Origin: an uncultured Gammaproteobacteria bacterium
GTDB lineage: Bacteria; Pseudomonadota; Gammaproteobacteria; JABCZS01
NCBI GenBank assembly: GCA_964443025.1
Contig: CAYUEL010000002.1
Location: forward strand, 2,916 to 66,915
Direction of reading: 5' to 3'
DNA: 64,000 nt
The translations under genes were made by a program, and so were the position numbers. The notes under the pieces were generated by a model. The model made no database searches. It was not told the origin of the DNA and saw only the letters and a program-made list of their open reading frames with translations. This document shows positions 21,601 through 30,400 of this stretch, one piece after another. The stretch's first letter is position 1. Each line of letters begins with the position of its first letter.

Positions 21601-24600
21601 CAGAAAGATTTGAAATCCAATACGATTCTTTTGCAAAAGCATAAGTGGGTAGGGACATCCTGTATGGCTTGTGCTCAGAATAAAATTGCTCCCAAGGAAT
21701 TGTATGGCCTTGGCACCACAGCTTTCCAATTTCTTGCTCAGATAAGGAAAACAAATCAGATTGAATTTGATTTGATTCATGTTCTATTTCATTAACAGCA
21801 GCTTTATTTAAATCAGCTATCAATCCATCAATATTTTTGGCATAAAATACGGCGCGATATTCATAATGATCCCTTCCCACCTGCAAGGTATAAGCAAGAT
21901 TTTTTAATTGAATTTCAGTTTTATGTTGACTTAAAAATTGTTGTAATTGATGAATCGATTCAATGGCTTGTTCTTTAGTTTTAGCCGAAACAGGAACAAT
22001 ATGTATTTTATCTTCTACTTTATTCTCTAAGGCTACATTTTCAATATATTCTTCAAGCACAATGTGTGCGTTAACTCCACCAAAACCAAAACTACTTACT
22101 CCAGCGCGCCGAGGCCATTCTTTGCCTTCTTTTGTTTTTATCCTCTTCCAAGGCTGGGTTTTCTGGATGAGGTAAAAAGGAGATTGCTCTAACTGAATAT
22201 ATTCATTTACCTGCTCGCTGTATAAACTTTTTGGCAATGTTTGATACTTCATTGCCAGCAACACTTTGATAAGACCCGCCACGCCTGCAGCCAATTCCAA
22301 ATGACCAATATTGGTTTTTACAGAACCCAAGCCACAATAAGGGTGAGATTCAACACTCTGTTGCTCTTGAGATAGTTCTGAAAACGCTTTTTTAAGACCA
22401 TTGATCTCGACCGGATCGCCAATTGGTGTTCCCGTTCCATGTGTTTCAATGTATGTAATGGAGTTGATAGGTACTTTAGCAGCTCGGTAAGCCTGTTTGA
22501 TTAATTCTGCTTGCGCATTGGCATTGGGCGCTGTGAGTGAATTTGCTCGACCTCCATGATTTTCAGCACTAGCCTTAATAACTGCATAAATATGATCATG
22601 GTCTTTTTCTGCTAAATCAAGGCGTTTCAGTAATAATATCCCGACACCCTCGCCCCTCACATATCCATCCGCATTGCTAGAAAATGTTTTACACTTTCCT
22701 TCTGGGCTTAACATGCCTGCTTTTGCAAAGCTTAGATGCGCTTCACTGGATAAAAGTGTATTGACACCACCTACAATCGCATATTGGCATAAACCACTTT
22801 TTATCGATTCAACACCTCGGTGAATAGCTACCAATGAACTTGAGCACGCTGTTTCGATGGGTTCACTTGGGCCATGCAGATTCAAAAAATAGGAAATTCG
22901 GCTACTGCCGATCGATGGAGTGATTGCAGAAGCAGTGTATCCTTCAACAGGCACATGATTAAAAACACGTTGTTGATAGCCTGTTGAAGCGGTTCCAATA
23001 AAAACGCTAGTTTGTGAGCCCCACAAAGATTTTAAAGCATAACCTGCATCATAAACTGCAGCACATGCAAACTGCATGAGTAATCGTTGCTGAGGGTCCA
23101 TGTATTCCGCCTCAGCGGGTGAAATACCGAAAAATGCCGGATCAAATTCATGAACACAGTCAATAAACCCGCCTTTTTTAAATTTTTCATCTATAGAAAT
23201 AAAATCAATTCGATCAGAAGGTGCCTTCGTGATGCAGTCAAATTCTTGTATTAAATTTTGCCAAAACTCAGCGACATTACTTGCGCGCGGGAATGTTCCA
23301 CTAATTCCGATAATAGCAACATCTGCTGGTGAGAAATCTTGTTCAATTTCAACTGGTAATTTTTCTACATCTACAACATGAGTTGGCAAACGATCGTCTT
23401 TAATTTGTGTCATCAAATAATCTCTAAAATTATTTAATGTGGGATATTCAAAGAAAATGGTCGGCATAATATTTAGTGAATACTGTTGATTAACCACATT
23501 CGCAAGTTCAGTCAGCGTAATTGAGTCCATGCCAAACGCACTAACTTCCTCATCAAAGAAAATATCCTTCTCAGAAACATTTAAAATTTTACACGTTGAA
23601 GTGGTTAGGAACTGTTGGATTGACTGCTTAGAATCAAGTGATGAAGTTTCAGCTCGCTTATTTACGAGTTCTCTTGTTGTAAATGACTGAATTACGCAAC
23701 ACACATTACCCTCTTGACCGCATATCAGAATATCATATTTTTTAACAGTCCCCGAAGATTCAGGGGATAATTTTGTATAAATAAATCCATGCTCTGGAAT
23801 TTTTGTTAATTGATGAATTTTAGTTACTGCAAAAGGCAAACTTGGACTAGGATTTTCTAGAGTCAATTTTGCATTTAAGCCTATGATGCTTTGAAACGCA
23901 GCATCCATCACACTAGGGTGGATTACAAAAGTATTTTGTGTCTCAGAGGGTGGTAAATGAAATTCAGCCAAACTTTCGTTTCCATTCACCCAAAATTCTG
24001 TAATACATTTGAAATGTTTACCATAATGAATCTGCTGATCAGAAAACATTTGATAGATTTTTTCGTGTGCCAGGGTAAAACGAGAGTCTTGCTTTAATTG
24101 ATTTATGTTGACCTTTTCTTCACCATGAGTTTGATTCAAAAACTCAATAAAACCTGTTGCATTGATTTTTTTCGGCGTATCGCGACAAGCGACTTCAAAG
24201 AAATATTTCCCTTCTTTAAGATGTAAACGAATATCCACCGCAACAGAATCATCCAAACAGACAATAGGCGCAAGAAACACTAAGTGGTTAATGCTAAAAG
24301 AAGAATCAGGTTGAATGCCACGTGCAGCATGGCTTGCAAGATCAATATAAGCTGCACCAGGCAGCATTTTTTTTTGATCAATAATATGCTCTGCCAAAAT
24401 AAATTCATTCTGATGAAAATAACCTTGGTAGTGATAACGATCCAGCTGTGACACGTGAGACGTCAAGGTAAACCTTTGTGGTTCATTTATTTCATCACTC
24501 ATCCAACAGCGCTCGCCTGCAAATGGATATACAGGTAATGAGATAAAGGTTGCGCCGTCATGTTTAATTTGGTTTTTCCAATCGACCGCCTTGCCATTGA

Positions 24601-27466
24601 CCCAAGATTGCGCGATATCCTGATGATCAGGCTCAATTTTGGGTAAGATGCAGTGCGATGAATTAATTTCTCCATTTAAATAGTGATTTATTGTTGTGAT
24701 GAGCTCGTGAATATCTTTGACTGAAAAAGCGACACGAGAATCCATCGCTTGCCGTCCCAATTGTAGTGTATATGCAATATTACGAATTAGTATTTGATCA
24801 TCTATTTTTAAATGGCAAAGGTATTCATTGAGTTTTGCTACGTATTCTTTTAACTGCTTCTCCGTTTTTGCAGAGAATGGGATAATATGAAATGGGCTAA
24901 AAGAGGCTGTGCCGTGGGGCAATTCAGGCGCAATGTATTCTTCAATAACGACATGGGCATTATTACCCGTCATTCCAAATGAGCTAATTCCTGCCATGCG
25001 TGGATTATCAGACTGTGTTTGCCATGATTTCAATTCGGTATTAACATAGAATGGAGAATCTTCAAGCTTAATATATGAATTTAATTCCTCGAAATTGGGC
25101 ATTTTAGGAATTTTTTTGTTTTTCATCATTAAAATGACTTTGATAAGAGACGCTAACCCTGCTGCGCCCTCGAGATGCCCTAAATGTGCTTTTGCAGATC
25201 CCAATGCACAAAAAGATTGCTTTTGCGTAAATGGTTTAAATGCTGCTTTTAGCGCATTGACTTCAATCGGATCCCCCAGTTTAGTGCCGGTACCATGCGC
25301 TTCAAGGTACGTGATCTGCTCAGGATTGATTTTTGCTTTCTTCCAGGTCTCTTGCAATAATTTAATTTGTAATTCTGGGCGTGGAGCATACGGATTATTA
25401 GAGCGTCCGACATGGTTAATTCCCGTTGATTTAATCACTGCGTGAATGGGATGACCTTCTTTTAATGCTTGCGCTAAAGGTTTTATTAAAACAGAAAGCA
25501 CTCCCTCACCGGGCACATAACCGTCTGCTTTTTGATCAAAGGTATGACAGCGCCCCGTGGGTGACAAGGCTTGTATTTTAGAGAAATAAACATAATGCAG
25601 TGGGCTTAATAAGAGATTGACTCCGCCAACAATTGCTTGATCCACTTCTTTGTTTTTTATCGCTTGACATGCTAAATGCAACGCAGTTAAAGAAGATGCA
25701 CAAGCATTGTCTAAGGGGATCGACGCTCCTTGCAAATCATAAATATAAGAAACCAAACCCGTTAATGAAGACATTGCAGCGCTGTGCGCCTGATAATCCA
25801 CAAATGATGTTTTCTTGCGGATAATTTCATCCCAATATTCCTGAAAGCAACATCCAACAAAGACGCCAGTGTTTGATCCTTTTATTTGATTAATAATTCC
25901 AGCGTCTTCCAATGTGTGCTGCACAGATTGTAGAAATAGCCGTAATTGTGGATCTATCCAATCCGCTTGACGTTTTGAAATACCAAAAAAAGAGTAGTCA
26001 AACTGATCGACACCTTCAATAAAACTACCCCATTTTGAATATGTTTTATTTATTTCATTTTTATCATCACTGAACCATGGCCTATAGTCCCAATGATGAG
26101 ATGGAATTTCTTGAATTAAATCAGTTGCATTCTCTAAATGTTTCCAGAAATCATCGATTGAATGGGATTGGGGTAAATAACCACCCATTCCTATAATTGC
26201 AATATCATCATCTTGGGTATGTTTTAGATGAATGCTAGATTTTGTTTGCTTTGTTGGAACCGTAAACGCACGCTCCAGAGTTGCTGGCTCTGGCAGGTTG
26301 AACAGTTTTACAAACGATTCCTGATTTTCACTCAAAAAATATTTCGACAGTGATAAGATATTTTGGTACTCAAAAAATAAGGTTGGATATAATTCAATGC
26401 TCAACTCTTGCTCTATCTCACGAACAGCGCCGATCATGTTATTAGAATCAAGCCCTAAATCCATAAAATTATTTTCGATGGATACTGAGTCTTTGTCTTT
26501 TTGTAAAGCTACAGCTATTTTTTGTTTAAGATAGTCAATGATATTATCCAATAAATCAGTCCCTATGGGCTTTAATGGCGTAAAAGTGGGTTTTTCCGTA
26601 TGCTCAATTGATTCTGAAGCGGAAGAAAATAGCGCCTCTTTATTTGGAACTTTTTTCGTGGTCAATCCCATCATTTTCACTAAAATCTGACCCTGCGTAT
26701 TGCACAAAAGCAAATCCATTTCAGCAATTTGATCATTCATTTTAATTTTATTAACTTTACAATAACAGTGGTTTAACTCATTCTTTTGAATATGCTGTGA
26801 AATCTCAACAGACTTAATCATAAATGGCACACGGTGCTGCAATGCGGGTTCATCGCCTAATGAAAACGATGAAATGACGTGGCAGGCATCAAAAATGGCT
26901 GGATGAATGTAATAATCCGATGATTGCTCGCTCATCTCAGGTGTTAATTTGACTTCGCCCAACACTTCACCTTCGTTTAAGATATAAACTTGCGAAACAC
27001 TGTGCAAACTAGGGCCATAACAATCATCAGCTGGGTGGCTGTAAAACTCATCTCCTGCTTTGCATACTTGTGCTTGTTCAATGAGATATTGAATTGATAA
27101 ATATTGATCTTGCCATTTGGCATTATCAACGCGTTCTCCTTTGGCTGAAACAACTTGGTCCTGATGAAGCTTTTGATAAACAGATTTAAATTTCATCGAA
27201 TCAGTTTCATCTAACTGAACAGAAACCTCCGCTTCTTCACTTTCTCTCAATAACAATGCATGAGTAAATAAAAATCTTTTTAAACTAATATTTTGGTCAG
27301 GAAATAAAGCTTTAAAATAGTCAATTACGATTGATAAATGTGCAACCCCCATCAACACAGGCTCACCATAAATTTTATGATCTTTTAATAAATCGGCACT
27401 ATAGGAAAATGTTTTTTTCGACTCTTGTTTAATGTTGCCCAGCCAGTATTTTTTCTTAGGTTTCAT
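12641..27466 (-). CDS. Trans-AT PKS megasynthase 2 (4941 aa): DH-ACP | KS-DH-ACP | KS-ACP | KS-DH-KR-ACP | KS-(~550 aa unassigned)-KR-ACP
   Basis: Four KS domains have Cys and HGTGT intact (DNACASSL, ETACSSSL, DTMCSSSL twice). DH motifs are HKIYGEPVLMGVAH, HQNEFILAEH..LPGAAY and HVINTTPVLPGVCH. KR Rossmann motifs are YWLTGGLGGLG and YVITGGTSGIG. ACPs carry GLDS/GIDS/GMDS serines. There are no AT domains. ATG at 27464-27466 has GGGGGA 5 nt upstream, and the preceding gene ends 1 nt before it. Confidence 0.9.
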   Translation of the reverse strand: MKPKKKYWLGNIKQESKKTFSYSADLLKDHKIYGEPVLMGVAHLSIVIDYFKALFPDQNISLKRFLFTHALLLRESEEAEVSVQLDETDSMKFKSVYQKLHQDQVVSAKGERVDNAKWQDQYLSIQYLIEQAQVCKAGDEFYSHPADDCYGPSLHSVSQVYILNEGEVLGEVKLTPEMSEQSSDYYIHPAIFDACHVISSFSLGDEPALQHRVPFMIKSVEISQHIQKNELNHCYCKVNKIKMNDQIAEMDLLLCNTQGQILVKMMGLTTKKVPNKEALFSSASESIEHTEKPTFTPLKPIGTDLLDNIIDYLKQKIAVALQKDKDSVSIENNFMDLGLDSNNMIGAVREIEQELSIELYPTLFFEYQNILSLSKYFLSENQESFVKLFNLPEPATLERAFTVPTKQTKSSIHLKHTQDDDIAIIGMGGYLPQSHSIDDFWKHLENATDLIQEIPSHHWDYRPWFSDDKNEINKTYSKWGSFIEGVDQFDYSFFGISKRQADWIDPQLRLFLQSVQHTLEDAGIINQIKGSNTGVFVGCCFQEYWDEIIRKKTSFVDYQAHSAAMSSLTGLVSYIYDLQGASIPLDNACASSLTALHLACQAIKNKEVDQAIVGGVNLLLSPLHYVYFSKIQALSPTGRCHTFDQKADGYVPGEGVLSVLIKPLAQALKEGHPIHAVIKSTGINHVGRSNNPYAPRPELQIKLLQETWKKAKINPEQITYLEAHGTGTKLGDPIEVNALKAAFKPFTQKQSFCALGSAKAHLGHLEGAAGLASLIKVILMMKNKKIPKMPNFEELNSYIKLEDSPFYVNTELKSWQTQSDNPRMAGISSFGMTGNNAHVVIEEYIAPELPHGTASFSPFHIIPFSAKTEKQLKEYVAKLNEYLCHLKIDDQILIRNIAYTLQLGRQAMDSRVAFSVKDIHELITTINHYLNGEINSSHCILPKIEPDHQDIAQSWVNGKAVDWKNQIKHDGATFISLPVYPFAGERCWMSDEINEPQRFTLTSHVSQLDRYHYQGYFHQNEFILAEHIIDQKKMLPGAAYIDLASHAARGIQPDSSFSINHLVFLAPIVCLDDSVAVDIRLHLKEGKYFFEVACRDTPKKINATGFIEFLNQTHGEEKVNINQLKQDSRFTLAHEKIYQMFSDQQIHYGKHFKCITEFWVNGNESLAEFHLPPSETQNTFVIHPSVMDAAFQSIIGLNAKLTLENPSPSLPFAVTKIHQLTKIPEHGFIYTKLSPESSGTVKKYDILICGQEGNVCCVIQSFTTRELVNKRAETSSLDSKQSIQQFLTTSTCKILNVSEKDIFFDEEVSAFGMDSITLTELANVVNQQYSLNIMPTIFFEYPTLNNFRDYLMTQIKDDRLPTHVVDVEKLPVEIEQDFSPADVAIIGISGTFPRASNVAEFWQNLIQEFDCITKAPSDRIDFISIDEKFKKGGFIDCVHEFDPAFFGISPAEAEYMDPQQRLLMQFACAAVYDAGYALKSLWGSQTSVFIGTASTGYQQRVFNHVPVEGYTASAITPSIGSSRISYFLNLHGPSEPIETACSSSLVAIHRGVESIKSGLCQYAIVGGVNTLLSSEAHLSFAKAGMLSPEGKCKTFSSNADGYVRGEGVGILLLKRLDLAEKDHDHIYAVIKASAENHGGRANSLTAPNANAQAELIKQAYRAAKVPINSITYIETHGTGTPIGDPVEINGLKKAFSELSQEQQSVESHPYCGLGSVKTNIGHLELAAGVAGLIKVLLAMKYQTLPKSLYSEQVNEYIQLEQSPFYLIQKTQPWKRIKTKEGKEWPRRAGVSSFGFGGVNAHIVLEEYIENVALENKVEDKIHIVPVSAKTKEQAIESIHQLQQFLSQHKTEIQLKNLAYTLQVGRDHYEYRAVFYAKNIDGLIADLNKAAVNEIEHESNQIQSDLFSLSEQEIGKLWCQGHTIPWEQFYSEHKPYRMSLPTYAFAKESYWISNLSEFKHHPPVQNLISEPIQQHSQTNDFELKKYTVSYLKRSLAESLKIKLEKINENAKMENLGIDSIMVLKLTGMLEEQFGVLPKTLFFEYQTLLELSDYLIKHHHAKLTQILNIQQPVKSLEVMHSVLLPQASRFIPMASKSATMDIAIIGLSGRYPQSPTLSDFWHHLKTGKNCITTIPPTYWNMYDYESSIKSKWGGFIEGVDEFDPLFFNISPREAELMDPQERLFLQSAWHALEDSGYTRESLKNSKIAGNVGVYVGVMYEEYPLYGAPMLQGVGGNPASIANRVSYVCDFNGPSMALDTMCSSSLTTIHLACQALKAGHCQMAIAGGVNISIHPNKYILLSQNNFISSQGRCESFGKGGDGYIPGEGVGCVVLKPLATAIEDRDHIYAVIKGSAINHGGKTNGYTVPNPNAQAHVVQQALAEAKVNPRHVSYVEAHGTGTQLGDPIEIAGLTRAYEEAQERQYCAIGSAKSNIGHCESAAGIAGVTKVLLQMQHQELVPSIHAEELNPHIDFTATPFKVQRELTSWNRPVINGIEYPRVAGVSSFGAGGSNAHVVVEEYVDMRGESITEGPYLMVLSAKTPESLKSYAELLLKFVKENQAVSLSDLAYTLQIGREAMEYRMAFLTYDHKTFCDHLQKIAEDQHTSIQHYYFGNTLQFNPSMDLLGQDEDFSQLVNIWVGKRKFEKLSELWVQGYPIEWKQLYTSTPMPKRISLPTYPFAKERYWVDGVKHEKDVQKLHPLIDKNISTLASQAFETTFYSHELFLRDHVINTTPVLPGVCHIEMARAAVTLSTAGLIGVFKNITWTRPIRVTQSTTVMIHLHPLSSDEIVYEIKDNTGLIFSEGHVILASIESSKFVDLSAIESRCTKNLTPDSLYAQYHKMGIHYGESFKTIQKVIFNEQESLSEISTTENNGYFEFNPVLVDAALHSILALRSEKINHSTLYLPYSIEEIQCLSPLSNKVYAHAQRKSSGSQNETQRYDFDLINEQGQVCVALKGLSIRAVQSRLEPEDLVLAQALWQPSLPAIQDALTNIEVVLFDSLGELKDKISELSIHTIASSSIEQCFISAFDHVQLILKEKLTHQKHIWFLVLDNQVEHYYASLAGLLKTARRENPNFIGKLISIADKTQMVEIINREKTVADNAVEVRYDAKGQRSIKQFKELHFRKSARSVIKEHGVYWLTGGLGGLGLIFADYLSTFSHITLILSGRSALNESAKTILSMLRNKGMAVEYVCCDVSDLSAVLETVQTIKTQYGHLNGVFHSAGVIRDAFILKKKHQEIESVLRPKITGVLNLDKALQNENIDFIVLFSSLAGQFGSLGQADYAGANAFLDAYAHDYNQLAAQGLRQGRMAAIDWPLWKSGGMQIDAASLARITRETGLVAMETEIGLSAFEQVMQLSDSHCLVMQGNPEVIRKQLLFHEGPVLDNAPINLDTVDAQLLDKTDQYLKGKVAVILKMPINRLKSDVTLDQYGIDSVMILELTSVLEEQFGVLPKTLFFEYQTLLELSDYLIKHHHAKLTQILNIQQPVKSLEVMHSVLLPQASRFIPMASKSATMDIAIIGLSGRYPQSPTLSDFWHHLKTGKNCITTIPPTYWNMYDYESSIKSKWGGFIEGVDEFDPLFFNISPREAELMDPQERLFLQSAWHALEDSGYTRESLKNSKIAGNVGVYVGVMYEEYPLYGAPMLQGVGGNPASIANRVSYVCDFNGPSMALDTMCSSSLTTIHLACQALKAGHCQMAIAGGVNISIHPNKYILLSQNNFISSQGRCESFGKGGDGYIPGEGVGCVVLKPLATAIEDRDHIYAVIKGSAINHGGKTNGYTVPNPNAQAHVVQQALAEAKVNPRHVSYVEAHGTGTQLGDPIEIAGLTRAYEEAQERQYCAIGSAKSNIGHCESAAGIAGVTKVLLQMQHQELVPSIHAEELNPHIDFTATPFKVQRELTSWNRPVINGIEYPRVAGVSSFGAGGSNAHVVVEEYVDMRGESITEGPYLMVLSAKTPESLKSYAELLLKFVKENQAVSLSDLAYTLQIGREAYKHRLALIIDEVPQLLQGLQHWIENKADESKFLYCGQVHEHDDNIEFLNHDSEMKGVIEKWEMNRNFDKLASFWTKGLRINWNNLYQNSSTPKRISLPAYPFSKGKYWVTKPIEISKVPVMPQKVSHDQISGEWISSELPQENDWINQIKNKQNTNIIFIYYDAAEFNILSDLINDINSVLFDAAQVRLSFKACLWSETTSLLGQGEAAGSVFIMKQSSVSLEETHQLMNQLTQLDKLDIYLMTELSDASLKSFYPLVYSNIRLKVVGVDNETSPQVKIKILLNEWIKGLEKQKDMNLIKYKDHGRFKYGQIQEKNQAKASFVTIDWVEKSINKNSNVYLNEDAIILINEQTEKIIDLDQLVKRFNKKVTCIHYHDLVNKEAQLTNPSILIDLSDLYSEYKDADTNKINKVLFYQKLIANFTEIYIIHLTRNLRAFKSNSINLAGAKFTGLVKMLSVEYSHVFAKTIDIDDDLININSIMEIIQKDVAKEVEESEIIYRNQVRYVPILREQEITALQLNNHISISQHATYVITGGTSGIGMEFAKYFARLGAKHLILMGVSELPPRNEWSSLVDQEGLPNELKHKLRNLILIENLGTQIDLYTRDLKNQNTAYDFFTQIRNTRPPIKGVIHSAGAMAAMRESEVAFVKKSIDTISRVLSPKQEGLDTLMGLFKKDDLDFFVTFSSTAGMIPCFMKGLSDYGMGNAYLEHIAEYERKRGKKSHYNIYWTGWSDAGSHTHSLVIKNNSEAYAHNLGFIFNNTSEGLQLFNAAITYNAANVLPTFIEIKNFYENKFEIMHVRKSKLRPKTNDSSLTFNELIEGLKNSHPNDYDSFIAKLEIPSLSDDQIIKLGDSLQLNNKDIIESVVHHQDFVHDSDVINQISTELAKVLKINEMDISIHESFQDYGLDSITGTQLSLSLERLLGMEIKPGWLIEHPTVEKFAKYIAKRRNNEHVI
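15507..17148 (-). repeat. Direct repeat copy B (1642 bp, apparently 100% identical to 19746..21387), covering the C-terminal half of an ACP plus a complete KS
   Basis: Offset is exactly 4239 bp. The encoded proteins are identical from LEEQFGVLPKTLFFEY through AYTLQIGREA. Several stretches of 200-300 nt were spot-checked and found nucleotide-identical. The identical antisense ORFs 16423..16614 and 20662..20853 are a by-product. Confidence 0.85.
19746..21387 (-). repeat. Direct repeat copy A (1642 bp), ACP C-terminal half plus KS of the preceding module
   Basis: See copy B. The flanks diverge at 19745/15506 and 21388/17149. Confidence 0.85.
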
Positions 27467-30400
27467 TTAATCCCCCATTTTTTCTAAGATCATATGGCTA
27501 TTGGTTCCACCAAAACCAAATGAAGAAACTGCTGCAATAGTGCGATTCACTCGCGATTTCCATTCTTCTGTCGAGACAATTGGATAAAATGGGCTTTTAT
27601 CAAAATTAAATCGTGGATGAGGGCTTTCACAATGAATCGTCGGAGGTATCATATTGTGCTCCATGCTCAGTAAAATTTTGATAATACTTGCAACCCCTGC
27701 AGCCATCATGGTATGTCCAATATTTGATTTCACTGAACCGATCGCACAAAACTGATTTTTTGATGTGTAATTGCGATAAACATCCGATGCTGCTTTGACC
27801 TCAATTGGATCGCCTAAAAGCGTACCTGTTCCATGTGCCTCATAATAACTAATTTGTTCAGGATTAATGTTTGCGAGAGACAACGCACGATGAATGACTT
27901 CTTTTTGACCTTCTTGATTTGGCACTGTTAAGCCCATTGTTTTACCATCATTGTTAATCGCAGAAGCCAATATCGTGGCAATAATCCGATCACCGTCGCG
28001 AATCGCTGCATTATAGTTTTTTAGCAAAACTAAACCCGCACCTTCTGAAAGTACAAATCCGTTTGCACGTTTATCAAAGACGTATGATTTCCCATCTGGA
28101 GAAAGTACATTGGCATTATTAAATCCAATATGCGCAAATGGATCAATCAACAAAAAGATACCGCCAGCAATGGCTAATTCACTTTCTCCATGCAAAATCG
28201 ATTGACATGCATCATGCATCGCAACTAATGAAGAGGAACATGCTGTATCAATAGTTTTTGACGCACCTCTTAAATTATAGAAATTTGAAATACGTGCAGC
28301 AATAATATTCCCAATATAGCTCACAATCGTATTTTTAATCACATTTTTTGGAATTTCCTTATAATTATTTCTAACATAATTATTTTCTTTTGCGCCAATA
28401 TAAACAACTGTATTAGTATCCTTTATTTTATCAATGTACCCTGCGCGCTTTAATAAATCATCTGCAAGCTCTAATAGGACACGTTGCTGCGGATCAAGGA
28501 TTAGCGCATTGGAATCATCAATAGCAAAACGTTCCGCATCAAAGCTTGAAATATCATTCAGATAACCACCGTAGGTAATATGTTTATCTTCCACACTAAA
28601 TTTTCCCCAACGATCTGTTGGCGGATTGGTAATCAGATCTCTCCCAGTAGTTAAATTTACCCAAAAATCTTCAAGGGTAGGTGATTGAGGCAGAATTCCG
28701 GTGTAGCCAATAATCGCAACTTTATTTTGCGATGCATGATTACTGGTTTTAACTGTAATCGATTCAAAATTATTTTCTGTTGTTTGCTCAACCCCTGCTG
28801 AATTAATTAAATATTCAGACAATTGATTGATCGTAGGATGCATGATAATAGAATTGGGATCCATAATGATCTGGTATTTCTTTTCTAGTTCATTTAATAA
28901 TCGCATCATTAAAATTGAATCAATTCCATATTCTGAAAAATTATCGTTAAAATCAAGTTGTGACGCATCTATTTTTAGCATGTGGGAAATGATTTCTAAT
29001 ACTTCGGTTCGAATTTTATTTTGATCGTTTTTGACGATTAAACCAGAAGTTTGATTGGCAGAAGGTTGTTTATCCACCGCAATATTAAAGTACTGAGCAA
29101 TTTTATCCATTACTCCATAAGCCACCATAATCTGACCTGATTGATTCAACGTCAATATTCCATGCAATATCTCCAAACCCAGCTTAGATCGCAGCACCGA
29201 CAGCCCCGTTCGACGTAGCTGCCAGTCTTCATGATGCGGCTCAAGCGTCATCCCACCTTCCGCCCATAATGGCCAATTAATTGCAATGGTTCTACCCGAA
29301 CGCTTTCCCTTTGCAACTAAATGATCTCGATATTCAACATACCCATCCAAATATGCATTTGCCGCAGCGTAATCGACCTGCCCAATGTTACCCTTGATAG
29401 AGGCTACAGAAGAAAAAAGAACAACAAAATTTAGAGCAATATCTTTAGTATAAGTATCAAGCCAATGAAGCCCTAGTAGTTTGGGTGAAAGAACATCTTC
29501 AAATTCAGAGACAGTTTTATTGATCAATAATGAATCCTTTAGCACACCCGCGCAATGAAATATTCCTGATAGAGAATCATGGTTTTTCATAATTGAGTCA
29601 ATTAAATTCTGAACCTCATCCGCTCGAGTGATATCACATTTCTCATAGATGACATGCGCGCCATGCAGAATTAAAGAGCTCATCCATTGTTGATCGTCGA
29701 TGGCGGGCGCTTTGCGTCCACATAAAATAATTTTTGTATTTTTAAACTGTGAAATGTATTCTGCAACCTTTTTCCCAAGGCCACCCAGCCCTCCCGTAAT
29801 CAAAAACACTCGATTTGAAAATAAATCAGTGCGCAAATGTGCACTTGCATACCGATTCAAAGTCTGAACCCAGCGTGCATGATTCTCATCATATCGTACA
29901 AATTGATGCTGAGAATTCTGTTGCATTTCATTACGAAGCGTTTCAGCTGCAATGCTGGGATTTGTTAAGATCGCCTGATCCAGCGCAATCAGCTTAGTTT
30001 TTATTTTAGGATTTTCAATCTGCATGCTTTTTATTAAGCCGGCTAAAGGTGCATAAAGATGAATATTTTGATTGGGAACGACAATCGCACACACCATCTG
30101 ATGAGTTTTTTGTGACAATTTTTCTTTCAAATAATTAAATATTGCGGTCACTATTTCTATGGGAGCCTTCGCCTGGTTTATGTTAAAGTAAAACTCTTTG
30201 CAGGAATTTTGAAGCTGATTTACAAGTGCAGCTAATGAATCCTGCTGAAAATTAATAAATAAATATTCGCTTGTTTCTTGTTGATTTTTAAGATCCGAAT
30301 TTGAAGGAATTTCCCTTTCCCACTTTGCCATTGCCAAAACGACATCGTAATGAGACTCATTATTTTTTTCATTTTGTTCATCTAGAAATTTTACCCCTAA